This document shows positions 20,427 to 28,922 of a stretch of DNA of 64,000 nucleotides, one piece after another. The stretch covers positions 11,146-75,145 of the forward strand of contig JALWYV010000042.1 of assembly GCA_027003075.1 (NCBI GenBank), read 5' to 3'. The translations under genes were made by a program, and so were the position numbers. The notes beneath the pieces were generated by a model, which saw nothing but the letters and a program-made list of their open reading frames with translations, was not told the origin of the DNA and made no database searches. How positions within the stretch are numbered: the first letter of the stretch is position 1; each line of letters begins with the position of its first letter. Source of the stretch: a candidate division WOR-3 bacterium (GTDB lineage: Bacteria > Hydrothermota > Hydrothermia > LBFQ01).

Positions 20427-20929
20427 TTAGTGCCATCATGGGATAGCACCTCAACGATCCAGTTATAACCAGTTAAGGAGCGAACGAAATCTTTATCGTT
20501 GTAAAAGTGCTGAAGGATGCGGATCAAGTCCTCCTCAAGTTCATCAAGGGAGTTGTAGACCTTGTTGGCTAACTCACCTCTGATATGCCTCCACATAGCC
20601 TCAGCAGGATTGACCTCAGGAGTGTAGGGTGGTGTGTGGAAGAAAGATATGTTCTCCGGAGCATACTTTTCAGCGTACTTATGCCCCGCTGCGTTGTCCC
20701 AGACTATCACAACATCTTCCCCGCCTATCTCCTTATTAAACTCCTCAAGAAATACCCTTACAGTCTCACCCCTCAAGTCGGGCAAAATGAAGAACACAAC
20801 CTCCCCACTTAATACATCCACAGCACCGTAAAGATAAAAGTACTCATATTTGTGTTGCACAGGCCAGTTTGCCCTTACCCCCTCTGGCATCCATACTCTT
20901 CTATGCTTCACTATCAGCCCTACCCTCAT
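20408..20929 (-). pseudogene. IS630 transposase, DDE_3 catalytic part (orfB)
   Basis: VIVWDNAAGH and PPYTPEVNPAEAMW motifs. The expected first catalytic Asp (QDEMRVGL) lies upstream of the ATG and is separated from orfA by stops in all three frames (TAG at plus 20939-20941). Confidence 0.7.
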
Positions 20930-20964
20930 CTCGTCCTGCTACATCACCTTCCTACCTCTCAGGA

Positions 20965-21459
20965 TTACAACTTTTTTTTGAACTCCTTTTCCTTCTCTGG
21001 ATCCTTCCTCACACTGTATGGCCTCCCGCTCTTCTTCTTCGCTTTCAACTTAACCCTCATTATCACGTGCATCCTCGTCTTGCTATACCTTACCCCGTAC
21101 TCCCTATCTATGAACTCTATGGCGTCTTTGATTGTCCTTATCCTCCCCTTCAGCATCTCTCCCCTCAACCTCTCAAACGCTTCATCGGGTACCTTCTGAC
21201 CATATCCCTTCTTCCTGCCTATCTTCTTCAATTCCATCAGCTTTGCTATCCCTCCTTCTTCGTAACTCTTCCACCACCTCGCTATCTGATACTTGCTGTA
21301 CCCCAAGATCCTACCTGCCTTCTCATAAGATGCCTTCGGTTCTTCCTTGAAGAACAATAACATTTGTAAACGGGTCCTTCGGATCTTGTTCTTTTCCTTC
21401 CTCAGCATACCCTTTATTTCTTCTGTGCTCTCTTTTACCTCCTTTACCTTTATCGGCAT
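20965..21459 (-). pseudogene. IS630 transposase, N-terminal HTH part (orfA)
   Basis: Winged-helix/HTH-like sequence (RTRLQMLLFFKEEPKASYEKAGRILGYSKYQIARWWKSY). Ends ...EFKKKL* on an A8G run (plus-strand T8 at 20972-20979). Confidence 0.7.
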
Positions 21460-21460
21460 A

Positions 21461-21595
21461 CGCGCATCCTATGGGGGAAAGAGTATAAAAGGCAGGCACG
21501 AGTTCCGGTTAGAGGACTTACCCACGGGGACGTACGTCCTGAAGGTCCGGGTAGGGGACCGCATCAGATCCGTCAAGGTCGTGATCAGGGAGTGA
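21461..21595 (+). pseudogene. remnant encoding only the last ~40 aa of a T9SS-type C-terminal sorting domain
   Basis: ...YGGKSIKGRHEFRLEDLPTGTYVLKVRVGDRIRSVKVVIRE* matches the tails of the other cargo proteins. Everything upstream is IS sequence read antisense. Confidence 0.5.
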
Positions 21596-21599
21596 CCCC

Positions 21600-23816
21600 C
21601 TAAATCTCCCCCGACACGCCGAAGGAGAACGTATAGAAACCCTTACGGAGGACGTCGTACCCCCCTGTTAACGTGCCGGTCAGTCTAACCCTGCCCACGT
21701 TCCGGGTGAGGTTAAGGTTCAGACTGGCGAAGGGGCCCGGGGGTTTATAACGGGCCTCACTCCCCGCCTCACCGAAGTACATCCTGTACCCCGCCTCGCC
21801 GTAGAGGTTCCCCCTCGTTCTCACTATAGGGGACAAAGCCCACGACTTTCCCCTGAGACCCTCAACTCCCACGTCCACCCATCCGCGGGTATAACCCACT
21901 TCGGAGGATACGTAGAAGGTACTGTCTGCGCCGAACCGCCTGCTCAGAACCTCAGCCCTAACGTAAACCGGCCTCCCGGCCCTTCCCTCCGCCCTCCTCT
22001 CGGAGTAGGTGTAGGTGGAAGTCAGGTCCCCACTCAACCTCAAAGAGACCCTGTAAACCTCGCCGGAGGAGTGGAGGAGGATGTCGTACCTCTCCAACTT
22101 TTCGCCCCACTTACCGGAGAGACTGAGGCCGTGGCCGCCGCCCGATGCGGACAGGGAGAAATCGTACGTGGGTTCCTCCGCCGGGAAGTAGAGTACCTCC
22201 TTCCTGTACGAGCCGTAGGGGTAGGGTACGAAGTTTCCAGTGCTGTCCTTCTCGTAGTCCCCCCAGCCCTTCCCCACGTAGACGAACCTCTCCTGTTTCA
22301 GGAAGCTCTGGCTACTGCTCACGGCCCCGGTCAGCCTCATCCCCCTTACCTCAACCCTTCCCCTTCCCATGAGACTTCTGCCCTTCGGCGTTATGGAGTA
22401 AAACAGGTCGTTCTGCCCTCCCCCAATCCGAAGAGAATAACCCCAGAAGCCGTCCCCGTACCTTCTAAGGCTCCCCCTAAACCACCTCCACGTCAGGTTT
22501 CCGCCCCTGTAGTTGCCGGAGGTGTCGCCCTGGAAGTCGTAGGATAGGGAAATCTCACCGCTCCTTACACCGGCCTCTCCGTATACCCTCGCCGGAAATC
22601 TCTCGTACCTTCCGAACAACCACCTGTACCCCCCCTCAAATGTGTATGCCCTCTTCAGACTGTCGCCTATACCGAGGGACAGTTTACCGCCGAGTAAGAG
22701 ATTTTCCCCGTCGTACAGGAGGCCGAGGGCGGCCTCGCCGTAGGTCCTACCACCCCACAGGTTCCCGTTGTACCTGCTTACGTCCGGCCTCCTTCCCCTG
22801 AACACGTCCCCGGAAGTGATAAACTGGAGACCCGATCCGAAACGGAGATCCCACCTGCCACCGTAGGATGCGGTATCCCCGATCTTTCCACCGATAAGGG
22901 CCACCCTTCCGTAACGGGGCAAAAGGGAAACTTCGGCGAAGGAGGATTTGGGGGAGGTGTCGGGAGGGACCAGAACGTAATCCCCGTTTTCGGATGGTAC
23001 GTACCTGTCTCCCGCGAATGTGAACCTGCCGTCTTCTGAAGGTACGAAGGTGCAGGAGAGGTTTCCCCTTCCCGGTACGAGGAGGAAGGTGTCTCCCCGG
23101 ACTACGTAGTCCCCCCCTTCGTCGGCTGTGCAGCCGTTGCTCACCTTCAGGGCGGGTCTCTCATGGTATAGCCTTACACCCGTTATGCCGGCCTTAAGAG
23201 TACCCTCAAGTACGTGGGAGGGGGAAAGGGAGGCCCTCTGGTACTCAACCGTAAGGAGGTCCCCATCCCCGAATTCTGTACGCAGATATATGGCGTTTCC
23301 CTCCGGGGAAAGGGTATATTCTCCCTCCTTTAACTGACGGCCGTTTAAAAATACCCTCAGACTCTTTCGGATCGTAGGTTCTTCCGAAAAGACGTATGGG
23401 CCGGCGAAGTCCTTCACCAAGACGATGTCCCTTCTCTGTGGGGGGGAGTACCTCCTGAGATAGAGCATCCGGGAACTGCCCCTGTAAACCTCCACTCCCT
23501 CCCCCCTGACCCTTCCGCTCAGGAGGTCCCGCGTCAGTATCCCGCCGGTTATCCCGTAGTTCCCGTACTCCCACGTAAGGTTCAACTCCTGAAGTTCCTC
23601 TACCCGCTTAACCTCTCCGCTCACACCGGCTACGTCCACCACCTTCACTCTGGAGAACCAGCCCTCACCGTACACGTTTATCCTGACCGTGGCCCCCTCC
23701 GTCCCGAAGGAGTACTCCCCGTTCACCCTGACGTTCCCCGTATCCTCAACCGCGAGGGTTTCAGGTAAACCGGAGGCGGTATCGGGGGGAAGGACGAAGA
23801 GTTCGTAAAGCCACAT
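21600..23816 (-). CDS. large Gly/Tyr/Arg/Ser-rich beta-type protein, possible outer-membrane beta-barrel
   Basis: 738 aa with an alternating beta-strand-like composition throughout (e.g. YRGGNLTWRWFRGSLRRYGDGFWGYSLRIGGG). No clear signal peptide. The start overlaps the upstream stop (TAATG). Confidence 0.4.
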   Translation of the reverse strand: MWLYELFVLPPDTASGLPETLAVEDTGNVRVNGEYSFGTEGATVRINVYGEGWFSRVKVVDVAGVSGEVKRVEELQELNLTWEYGNYGITGGILTRDLLSGRVRGEGVEVYRGSSRMLYLRRYSPPQRRDIVLVKDFAGPYVFSEEPTIRKSLRVFLNGRQLKEGEYTLSPEGNAIYLRTEFGDGDLLTVEYQRASLSPSHVLEGTLKAGITGVRLYHERPALKVSNGCTADEGGDYVVRGDTFLLVPGRGNLSCTFVPSEDGRFTFAGDRYVPSENGDYVLVPPDTSPKSSFAEVSLLPRYGRVALIGGKIGDTASYGGRWDLRFGSGLQFITSGDVFRGRRPDVSRYNGNLWGGRTYGEAALGLLYDGENLLLGGKLSLGIGDSLKRAYTFEGGYRWLFGRYERFPARVYGEAGVRSGEISLSYDFQGDTSGNYRGGNLTWRWFRGSLRRYGDGFWGYSLRIGGGQNDLFYSITPKGRSLMGRGRVEVRGMRLTGAVSSSQSFLKQERFVYVGKGWGDYEKDSTGNFVPYPYGSYRKEVLYFPAEEPTYDFSLSASGGGHGLSLSGKWGEKLERYDILLHSSGEVYRVSLRLSGDLTSTYTYSERRAEGRAGRPVYVRAEVLSRRFGADSTFYVSSEVGYTRGWVDVGVEGLRGKSWALSPIVRTRGNLYGEAGYRMYFGEAGSEARYKPPGPFASLNLNLTRNVGRVRLTGTLTGGYDVLRKGFYTFSFGVSGEI

Positions 23817-24673
23817 TACCTGACCCAGTCACCGACGTACACACCCCTGAGGGAGTCTCTAAGAAGGTACAGGCTCCCGGTGGTATCCAGAACGTAGACC
23901 CTGTCCCCGTAGCCGAGGGCAACGTAATCCCCATCGGGGGACCAGGCCAGACCCCTTACACTATCGGAAAAGCTCCTGAGTACTCTCCTGTTCCCACCGT
24001 CCGGGTAGGACGTAATTACCACCCTGAAGGAGTCCCCCACCTCCACGAGGGCCAGCTTATCCCCGGAAGGGGAGACCTTCGGATAGAGTACATCACCCAC
24101 ATCAATAAGGCTCTCCCACATCAGGGAAGCGATGGAGAAGACCTGAAGGGATCCGCCCCTGACCGCGAGGATCAGGGAGTCGTCCACGAAGGCGAGCCAC
24201 GGGAGGGGCAGGGTGTCGTACCATACCTGAACGTACCTGCTTCTCCTGTCGTACACGCCGAGGTTTCCACCGGAGTCGCCTTCAAACGTGACGAAGGCCA
24301 CGTAATCCCCGGAGGGGCTGAGGGACGGCCAGAGTTGATCGGAGGGGGGGTCGTAGACCAGAGAGGTGTCGCCGTCGTACAGAAAGATCCCGAAGTCCCC
24401 GTTGACGTCCGACGAGAATACGACGGCATTACCGTTTGCACTGGGGAACACCTCGTCAGATGCCGGAAGGTCAACCACCGTCTCAACCTCACCCGACGCC
24501 GTACCGACGACGTAGATCCCGTAGTCTTCCCCTTTCAACTGCGCCGAAACGAGGACCTTGCCGGACAGGTTATCGGGTAGGAAAGGATAGGTTTCCGAGG
24601 GGGGAGGTTTGAAGTAAAATCTCTCACACGATAGGAGGAGTACAAGGATCCATCCCCACCTTAAGGGACGCAT
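23816..24673 (-). CDS. TolB-like beta-propeller lipoprotein (PD40/WD40-like repeats)
   Basis: Lipobox (WILVLLLSCERF). Repeated S-P-(S/D)-G-D-Y-V-A motifs (SPSGDYVAF, SPSGDKLAL, SPDGDYVAL). TAGAAT (24681-24686) lies 7 nt upstream of the ATG. Confidence 0.6.
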   Translation of the reverse strand: MRPLRWGWILVLLLSCERFYFKPPPSETYPFLPDNLSGKVLVSAQLKGEDYGIYVVGTASGEVETVVDLPASDEVFPSANGNAVVFSSDVNGDFGIFLYDGDTSLVYDPPSDQLWPSLSPSGDYVAFVTFEGDSGGNLGVYDRRSRYVQVWYDTLPLPWLAFVDDSLILAVRGGSLQVFSIASLMWESLIDVGDVLYPKVSPSGDKLALVEVGDSFRVVITSYPDGGNRRVLRSFSDSVRGLAWSPDGDYVALGYGDRVYVLDTTGSLYLLRDSLRGVYVGDWVR

Positions 24674-24717
24674 AAAGTCTATTCTACGGCAGTACGTAAC
24701 CTACAGGGGCATAGGGG

Positions 24718-26223
24718 TTATTTCCGACCGTACTTCCTCCGTATCGCTCCGATGAGTCCAAATAGGTACCACAGGAAACCTACGAGGGACAGAAGGGGAG
24801 GTATGAGGAAGCCGAAGGCCACAAAGGGGGTAGTACCCCCGTAAATGGGGACATCTCCTATCAGAACACCTCGCCTGTAGAGGGGTAACTCCTTCAGTAC
24901 CCTGCCGTCCGCATCCACTATGGCGGATATCCCTGTCTTCGCCGCCCTGACCATGGCCCTCCCCGTCTCCACGCTCCTCAGGATGCCGAGGTAATAATGT
25001 TCCACCGGTCCCACGCTCCTTCCGAACCATCCATCGCTCGTTATGACGACGAGGAGGTTGGCACCGTTCCTCACCAGTCTCCACCCGATGTACGGGAATA
25101 TGGACTCGTAGCATATCATGACGCCCAATTTCAGGTCCCCGAGGGCTACGGGGTAGAACCCCTTCCCCCTGCGGTAGTTCCCCTGACCGAGGTTTATATT
25201 GCGGATGAAGGGGGGAAGGTACTCGTAGAACGGGTAGTTCTCCCCGAAGGGAACGAGACGGACCTTATCGTAGTGGCCGACTATTTCTCCCGTCGTGTCT
25301 ACAAGGAGCGCCCGGTTGTAGAACCGTAACCCTCCCTTCCCGCTTTCCACCCCCGCCGTACCGAAGAGGAACGGGGCGCCCGTCTCCTCCGTTATCCGCT
25401 TGACCCACCTTTGGGAACCCCTTGAGAAGCGGTGTACGCCCGGAAACGCGGACTCGGACCCAACGACTAAGTCAATGCGCTTACCCTTCAAACGCCTCAG
25501 AAGCTGAGAGTAGGCCGAATCCACCTCCCTCCACTCCTTCGGGTCGTACGCCAGCCGCGGGAGGACGTTGGGCTGGAGGACGGCGACCTTTACCCTCTCT
25601 ACCGGTTTACCCGGAGAGTACACCGCCCCCCAGAGGAGAGCCATAGCAAGTACGATGCCGGCGACGATCCACCTGCGAAGGTAGAGGAGGGTGCCGACCA
25701 GAACCACGAAGAAGGAGAGGAAGTACACGCTCCCTATAGCCGCGATGTCAAGGAAGGGGGACTTAAGCAGGCTGACGCCGAGGGGGGACCACGGGTAGGA
25801 GAGGTCCCCGAGGAGTTCACCCCTCCAGAACTCCCACATCACCCATACGGAAGGGGAAAGTACGGCGAGGGCAAGGGGGGACCGGATACGGTTCACGCTC
25901 CATCCCCAGAGGGCGTATGTCAGAGAGAGGGCAGCCGCAAGCAGGAGGACGCCAGAGACGAGGAGAGGGCGGACGTACCCCGGTACGTGGAGGTTGAGGA
26001 TCCAGACCGAGTGGTAGAACCAGTACGGGAAGGCTATCGCGAACGCGGTTAGAAAGGGACGTTTACTTTCCCTGACCGACCAGACGTACAGGGATAAGGC
26101 TACGAAAGACAGGAAGGGTATAAAAAAAGGGCCGTTCCCCAGAATAAGGAGAACGGCCGCAAGTAGAGACAGGAGAGGGACCTTACTTCGTCTCGGTAAG
26201 GTTATCAAGGTTGAGCTTTTCAA
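24718..26223 (-). CDS. lnt: apolipoprotein N-acyltransferase
   Basis: N-terminal polytopic region plus a CN-hydrolase domain (VVGSESAFP, RLVPFGEYxP-like RLVPFGENYPF, MICYESIFP). The annotated start overlaps the upstream gene by 41 nt, so it is uncertain. Confidence 0.85.
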   Translation of the reverse strand: MKSSTLITLPRRSKVPLLSLLAAVLLILGNGPFFIPFLSFVALSLYVWSVRESKRPFLTAFAIAFPYWFYHSVWILNLHVPGYVRPLLVSGVLLLAAALSLTYALWGWSVNRIRSPLALAVLSPSVWVMWEFWRGELLGDLSYPWSPLGVSLLKSPFLDIAAIGSVYFLSFFVVLVGTLLYLRRWIVAGIVLAMALLWGAVYSPGKPVERVKVAVLQPNVLPRLAYDPKEWREVDSAYSQLLRRLKGKRIDLVVGSESAFPGVHRFSRGSQRWVKRITEETGAPFLFGTAGVESGKGGLRFYNRALLVDTTGEIVGHYDKVRLVPFGENYPFYEYLPPFIRNINLGQGNYRRGKGFYPVALGDLKLGVMICYESIFPYIGWRLVRNGANLLVVITSDGWFGRSVGPVEHYYLGILRSVETGRAMVRAAKTGISAIVDADGRVLKELPLYRRGVLIGDVPIYGGTTPFVAFGFLIPPLLSLVGFLWYLFGLIGAIRRKYGRK

Positions 26224-27136
26224 TTGGCAGGAGCTGGCGGCTCTTTATCTCCTCGGCGAACTTTTTAACCTCAGAGACGTCCTCGGCCGTACTGAACTTC
26301 GGCAAAGGCATGGTCATACCGAGGTGTTTGGCCATAATTTTCTGGGCCTCCTGAGGGTTCTGCTCTATGTACTGGATGGCCTTCTTCAGGGCCTTCCTGA
26401 TCCTCTTTATGGCCTCCTTACGGAGGGACACGTTAACCGCGGAGGTTATACCGTTTCCGTCTATAACAGTTCCTTTGAATATTACGTTCTCCGCCAATAT
26501 GCGGTACCCCTCCTTACCCCGGAAGTAGGAGAGGTAAGGTTCCGTGAGGTACAGGGCGTCCACCCTGCGGGTGTCCAGAGATACGTCCATCTCCTCAAGC
26601 GAGAGGCCTATGAACTCCGTGTTTCTCTTCGTGGTATCGGAGGTATCCTGAGGTATGAGATCCGTGAACGCAGCATCCAGTATCACGTTATAACGGGTGT
26701 TCTCGTAGTATCCTATACGCTTTTTTGCCAGATCCTTCAGTTCCTTAATCGCGGTGTCCTTCACCACTATACCGTCCCCCCTGCCCTTGGAGTAGTAAAG
26801 GAGACGGACGAGTTTCATATCGCCTCCAGTCTTCATGAGCATGTAGGTGAAGTCTATGCCGAAGGAGGCGTAGAGGGCGCCGCTTACGGTGTTGTCAAAC
26901 TCGTCAACTATTTTAGAAACTTCGTTGGGTTTGTACTTTATCCCCACCTCCTTGAAGAACCCCTTCTCCTCGGCCACCCAGAAGGGAAGACTTCCGGGAT
27001 CCAGTACCGTGGCCACCTTTACCTCTATCTCTTTGGCCCTCTTCCCGGGCTGGGCTATTATGTACACTAAGAAGCCCGCGAGGAAGATGTTCAGGATGGT
27101 GAAAATAAAATTCTGCGCTCTCAGGCTCAACTTCAT
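26183..27136 (-). CDS. periplasmic substrate-binding protein (NMT1/NitT-TauT-like), membrane-anchored
   Basis: N-terminal anchor followed by a two-lobe SBP-like pattern (ATVLDPGSLPFWVAEEKGFFKEVGI). Weak assignment. Confidence 0.45.
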   Translation of the reverse strand: MKLSLRAQNFIFTILNIFLAGFLVYIIAQPGKRAKEIEVKVATVLDPGSLPFWVAEEKGFFKEVGIKYKPNEVSKIVDEFDNTVSGALYASFGIDFTYMLMKTGGDMKLVRLLYYSKGRGDGIVVKDTAIKELKDLAKKRIGYYENTRYNVILDAAFTDLIPQDTSDTTKRNTEFIGLSLEEMDVSLDTRRVDALYLTEPYLSYFRGKEGYRILAENVIFKGTVIDGNGITSAVNVSLRKEAIKRIRKALKKAIQYIEQNPQEAQKIMAKHLGMTMPLPKFSTAEDVSEVKKFAEEIKSRQLLPIEKLNLDNLTETK

Positions 27137-27146
27137 AGATGCTATT

Positions 27147-27929
27147 CTAAGCCTGCCCCGGGGTCGGTTCGGATCTAAGGCGTACTATCAGAAGTATTAG
27201 GCCGGTGAGCATCAGACCTATCGCTATCCACTGGTTGAAGGTGAAACCGAGTACGTAGGCGTTCGGCTCGTACGTCCTTGTAAAATCAACTAAGAACCTC
27301 ACCAGGGGGGTGAATATAAGGGCAAGGGCGCCTACTACGCCGGGTTTACGGACCCCAAACCTCTTGAGGAGGAAAAGGTAGAGAAGAAACAGAAAGGCAT
27401 CACCTATGGACTCGTATATCTGGGACGGATGTACAGGAACGTCCCCGAAGTGGAGGTGAGGTTCCGACCCCGGAGGGTAAACCACACCCCACGGGAGGTC
27501 GGTAGGTTTACCGTAGCAACAGCCGTTGAAGAAGCATCCCCATCGTCCTATGGCTATTCCGAGGGTTATACCCGGTATGGTGGCGTCTAAGACCGCCCAG
27601 AAGTTCCATCTGTACTTTCTTATGAACCACAGTATGGGTACGGCACCAAGGAGTACTCCGTAAAAGGTAAGTCCACCCTGCCATATGGCCAGAATCTCCT
27701 CCGGATGGTGCTGGAAGTAGTTCCAGTGCTGTATTACGAAGGCGAGACGGGCACCTATCACGCCGAAGATCATGGAGTAAACGGCCACGTCCCATACCTT
27801 ATTTTCTGGAATACCAAAACGTTTTAGGTGCTTTGCGGCGAACCACACGCCGAGGAGGACGCCGAGGGTGACGAGGACCCCGTACGTCCTAAGCTGGAAG
27901 AACCCGAAATCAAAAAGGATAGGATGCAT
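27147..27929 (-). CDS. lgt: phosphatidylglycerol-prolipoprotein diacylglyceryl transferase
   Basis: N-terminus FGFFQLRTYGVLVTLGVLLG, GARLAFV, GRWGCFFNGCCYGKPT motifs. Confidence 0.9.
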   Translation of the reverse strand: MHPILFDFGFFQLRTYGVLVTLGVLLGVWFAAKHLKRFGIPENKVWDVAVYSMIFGVIGARLAFVIQHWNYFQHHPEEILAIWQGGLTFYGVLLGAVPILWFIRKYRWNFWAVLDATIPGITLGIAIGRWGCFFNGCCYGKPTDLPWGVVYPPGSEPHLHFGDVPVHPSQIYESIGDAFLFLLYLFLLKRFGVRKPGVVGALALIFTPLVRFLVDFTRTYEPNAYVLGFTFNQWIAIGLMLTGLILLIVRLRSEPTPGQA

Positions 27930-27936
27930 TCTTTAC

Positions 27937-27942
27937 ATTTTA
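27937..27942 (-). promoter_or_regulatory. -10 box (TAAAAT on the minus strand) of a leaderless lgt transcript
   Basis: The minus strand reads ccGTAAAATgtaaagaATG. 7-nt spacer to start 27929. Confidence 0.5.
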
Positions 27943-28019
27943 CGGTCGTTCCTTCACCGTTCACCCTTCAACCTTAAACTAAGCACTTTAAGAACACCTA
28001 CAAAGGAGGTAGAGCAAGG

Positions 28020-28922
28020 GTGGAGATCAGGATAATCGTACCTGAGGAGAAGAAGTTAGACGTCTTCGGCGTCTACGATGAGAAGATAAAGGAGCTGAGG
28101 CGTATGTACCCCTCCGTCAAAATCCACGCGAGGGGGAGCGAGCTCCGGATAAGGGGGTCCCAGGGCGACGTTGAGATGGTGAAAGAGCGCATCATGGGAA
28201 TGATGCGGGGAGAGTGGGATCCTCTGGAGGCCGCCGTGGAGGAGTACGAGGAGGAACTTCCGGAGGACGGCACGATCGTAACCTTCAAGAAGAAGATAAA
28301 GCCCCTTACACCGAAGCAGCTTGAGTACGTGAGGGCCATAGAGAAGAACGACGTCGTTTTCGCCATCGGGCCAGCCGGCACCGGTAAGACCTTCCTCGCC
28401 GTGGCCATGGCCGTCAAGTACCTGAGGGAAGGACGGGTTGAGAGGATCGTACTGACGAGGCCTGCCGTGGAGGCGGGCGAGAGCCTCGGTTTCCTTCCCG
28501 GATCCTACGAGGAGAAGGTTTACCCGTACCTCATACCCCTGTACGACGCCCTGTACTCCATGATACCCTACGACCGGGTTCGCCGGATGATGGACGCGAG
28601 GGTGGTGGAGGTGGCCCCTCTGGCCTACATGAGGGGAAGGACCCTCTCCGACGCCTTCATAATATTGGACGAAGCCCAGAACACCAAAACCGTACAGATG
28701 AAGATGTTCCTGACCCGTATCGGTCCGAGGTCAAAGGTGGTTATAACGGGGGACATAACCCAGATAGACCTTCCCAAACACATGGAATCCGGTCTGGTTG
28801 AGGCCGAGAGGATCCTTCAGGGGATAGAGGGAATAGAGTTCGTGTACTTCGGTAAGGAGGACGTTTCAAGACACCACATAGTGAAGCGTATAATAGAGGC
28901 GTACGATAGGTTCGGAAAGTAA
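28020..28922 (+). CDS. phoH: PhoH-like ATPase (PhoH/YbeZ)
   Basis: Walker A ([15 protein letters not shown]), ILDEAQN and [11 protein letters not shown] motifs. GTG start preceded by a strong SD (AAAGGAGGT, 28002-28010). Confidence 0.9.
   Translation: MEIRIIVPEEKKLDVFGVYDEKIKELRRMYPSVKIHARGSELRIRGSQGDVEMVKERIMGMMRGEWDPLEAAVEEYEEELPEDGTIVTFKKKIKPLTPKQLEYVRAIEKNDVVFAIGPAGTGKTFLAVAMAVKYLREGRVERIVLTRPAVEAGESLGFLPGSYEEKVYPYLIPLYDALYSMIPYDRVRRMMDARVVEVAPLAYMRGRTLSDAFIILDEAQNTKTVQMKMFLTRIGPRSKVVITGDITQIDLPKHMESGLVEAERILQGIEGIEFVYFGKEDVSRHHIVKRIIEAYDRFGK

Larger units (their letters stand above)
20400..21470 (-). mobile_element. IS630-family (Tc1/mariner-like) insertion sequence, degenerate; ends approximate
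   Basis: It encodes an HTH ORF and a DDE ORF, and is more AT-rich than its flanks. I could not define terminal inverted repeats or the TA duplication by eye, so the boundaries are approximate. Confidence 0.7.

Noticed and set aside
20939-20941. The in-frame TAG in the IS630 transposase as a recoded (pyrrolysine or read-through) codon.
   Set aside because: TAG is used as an ordinary stop elsewhere in the window (for example lgt, the S41 protease gene and both membrane paralogs). No pyl genes are seen. Decay of the IS copy is the simpler explanation.
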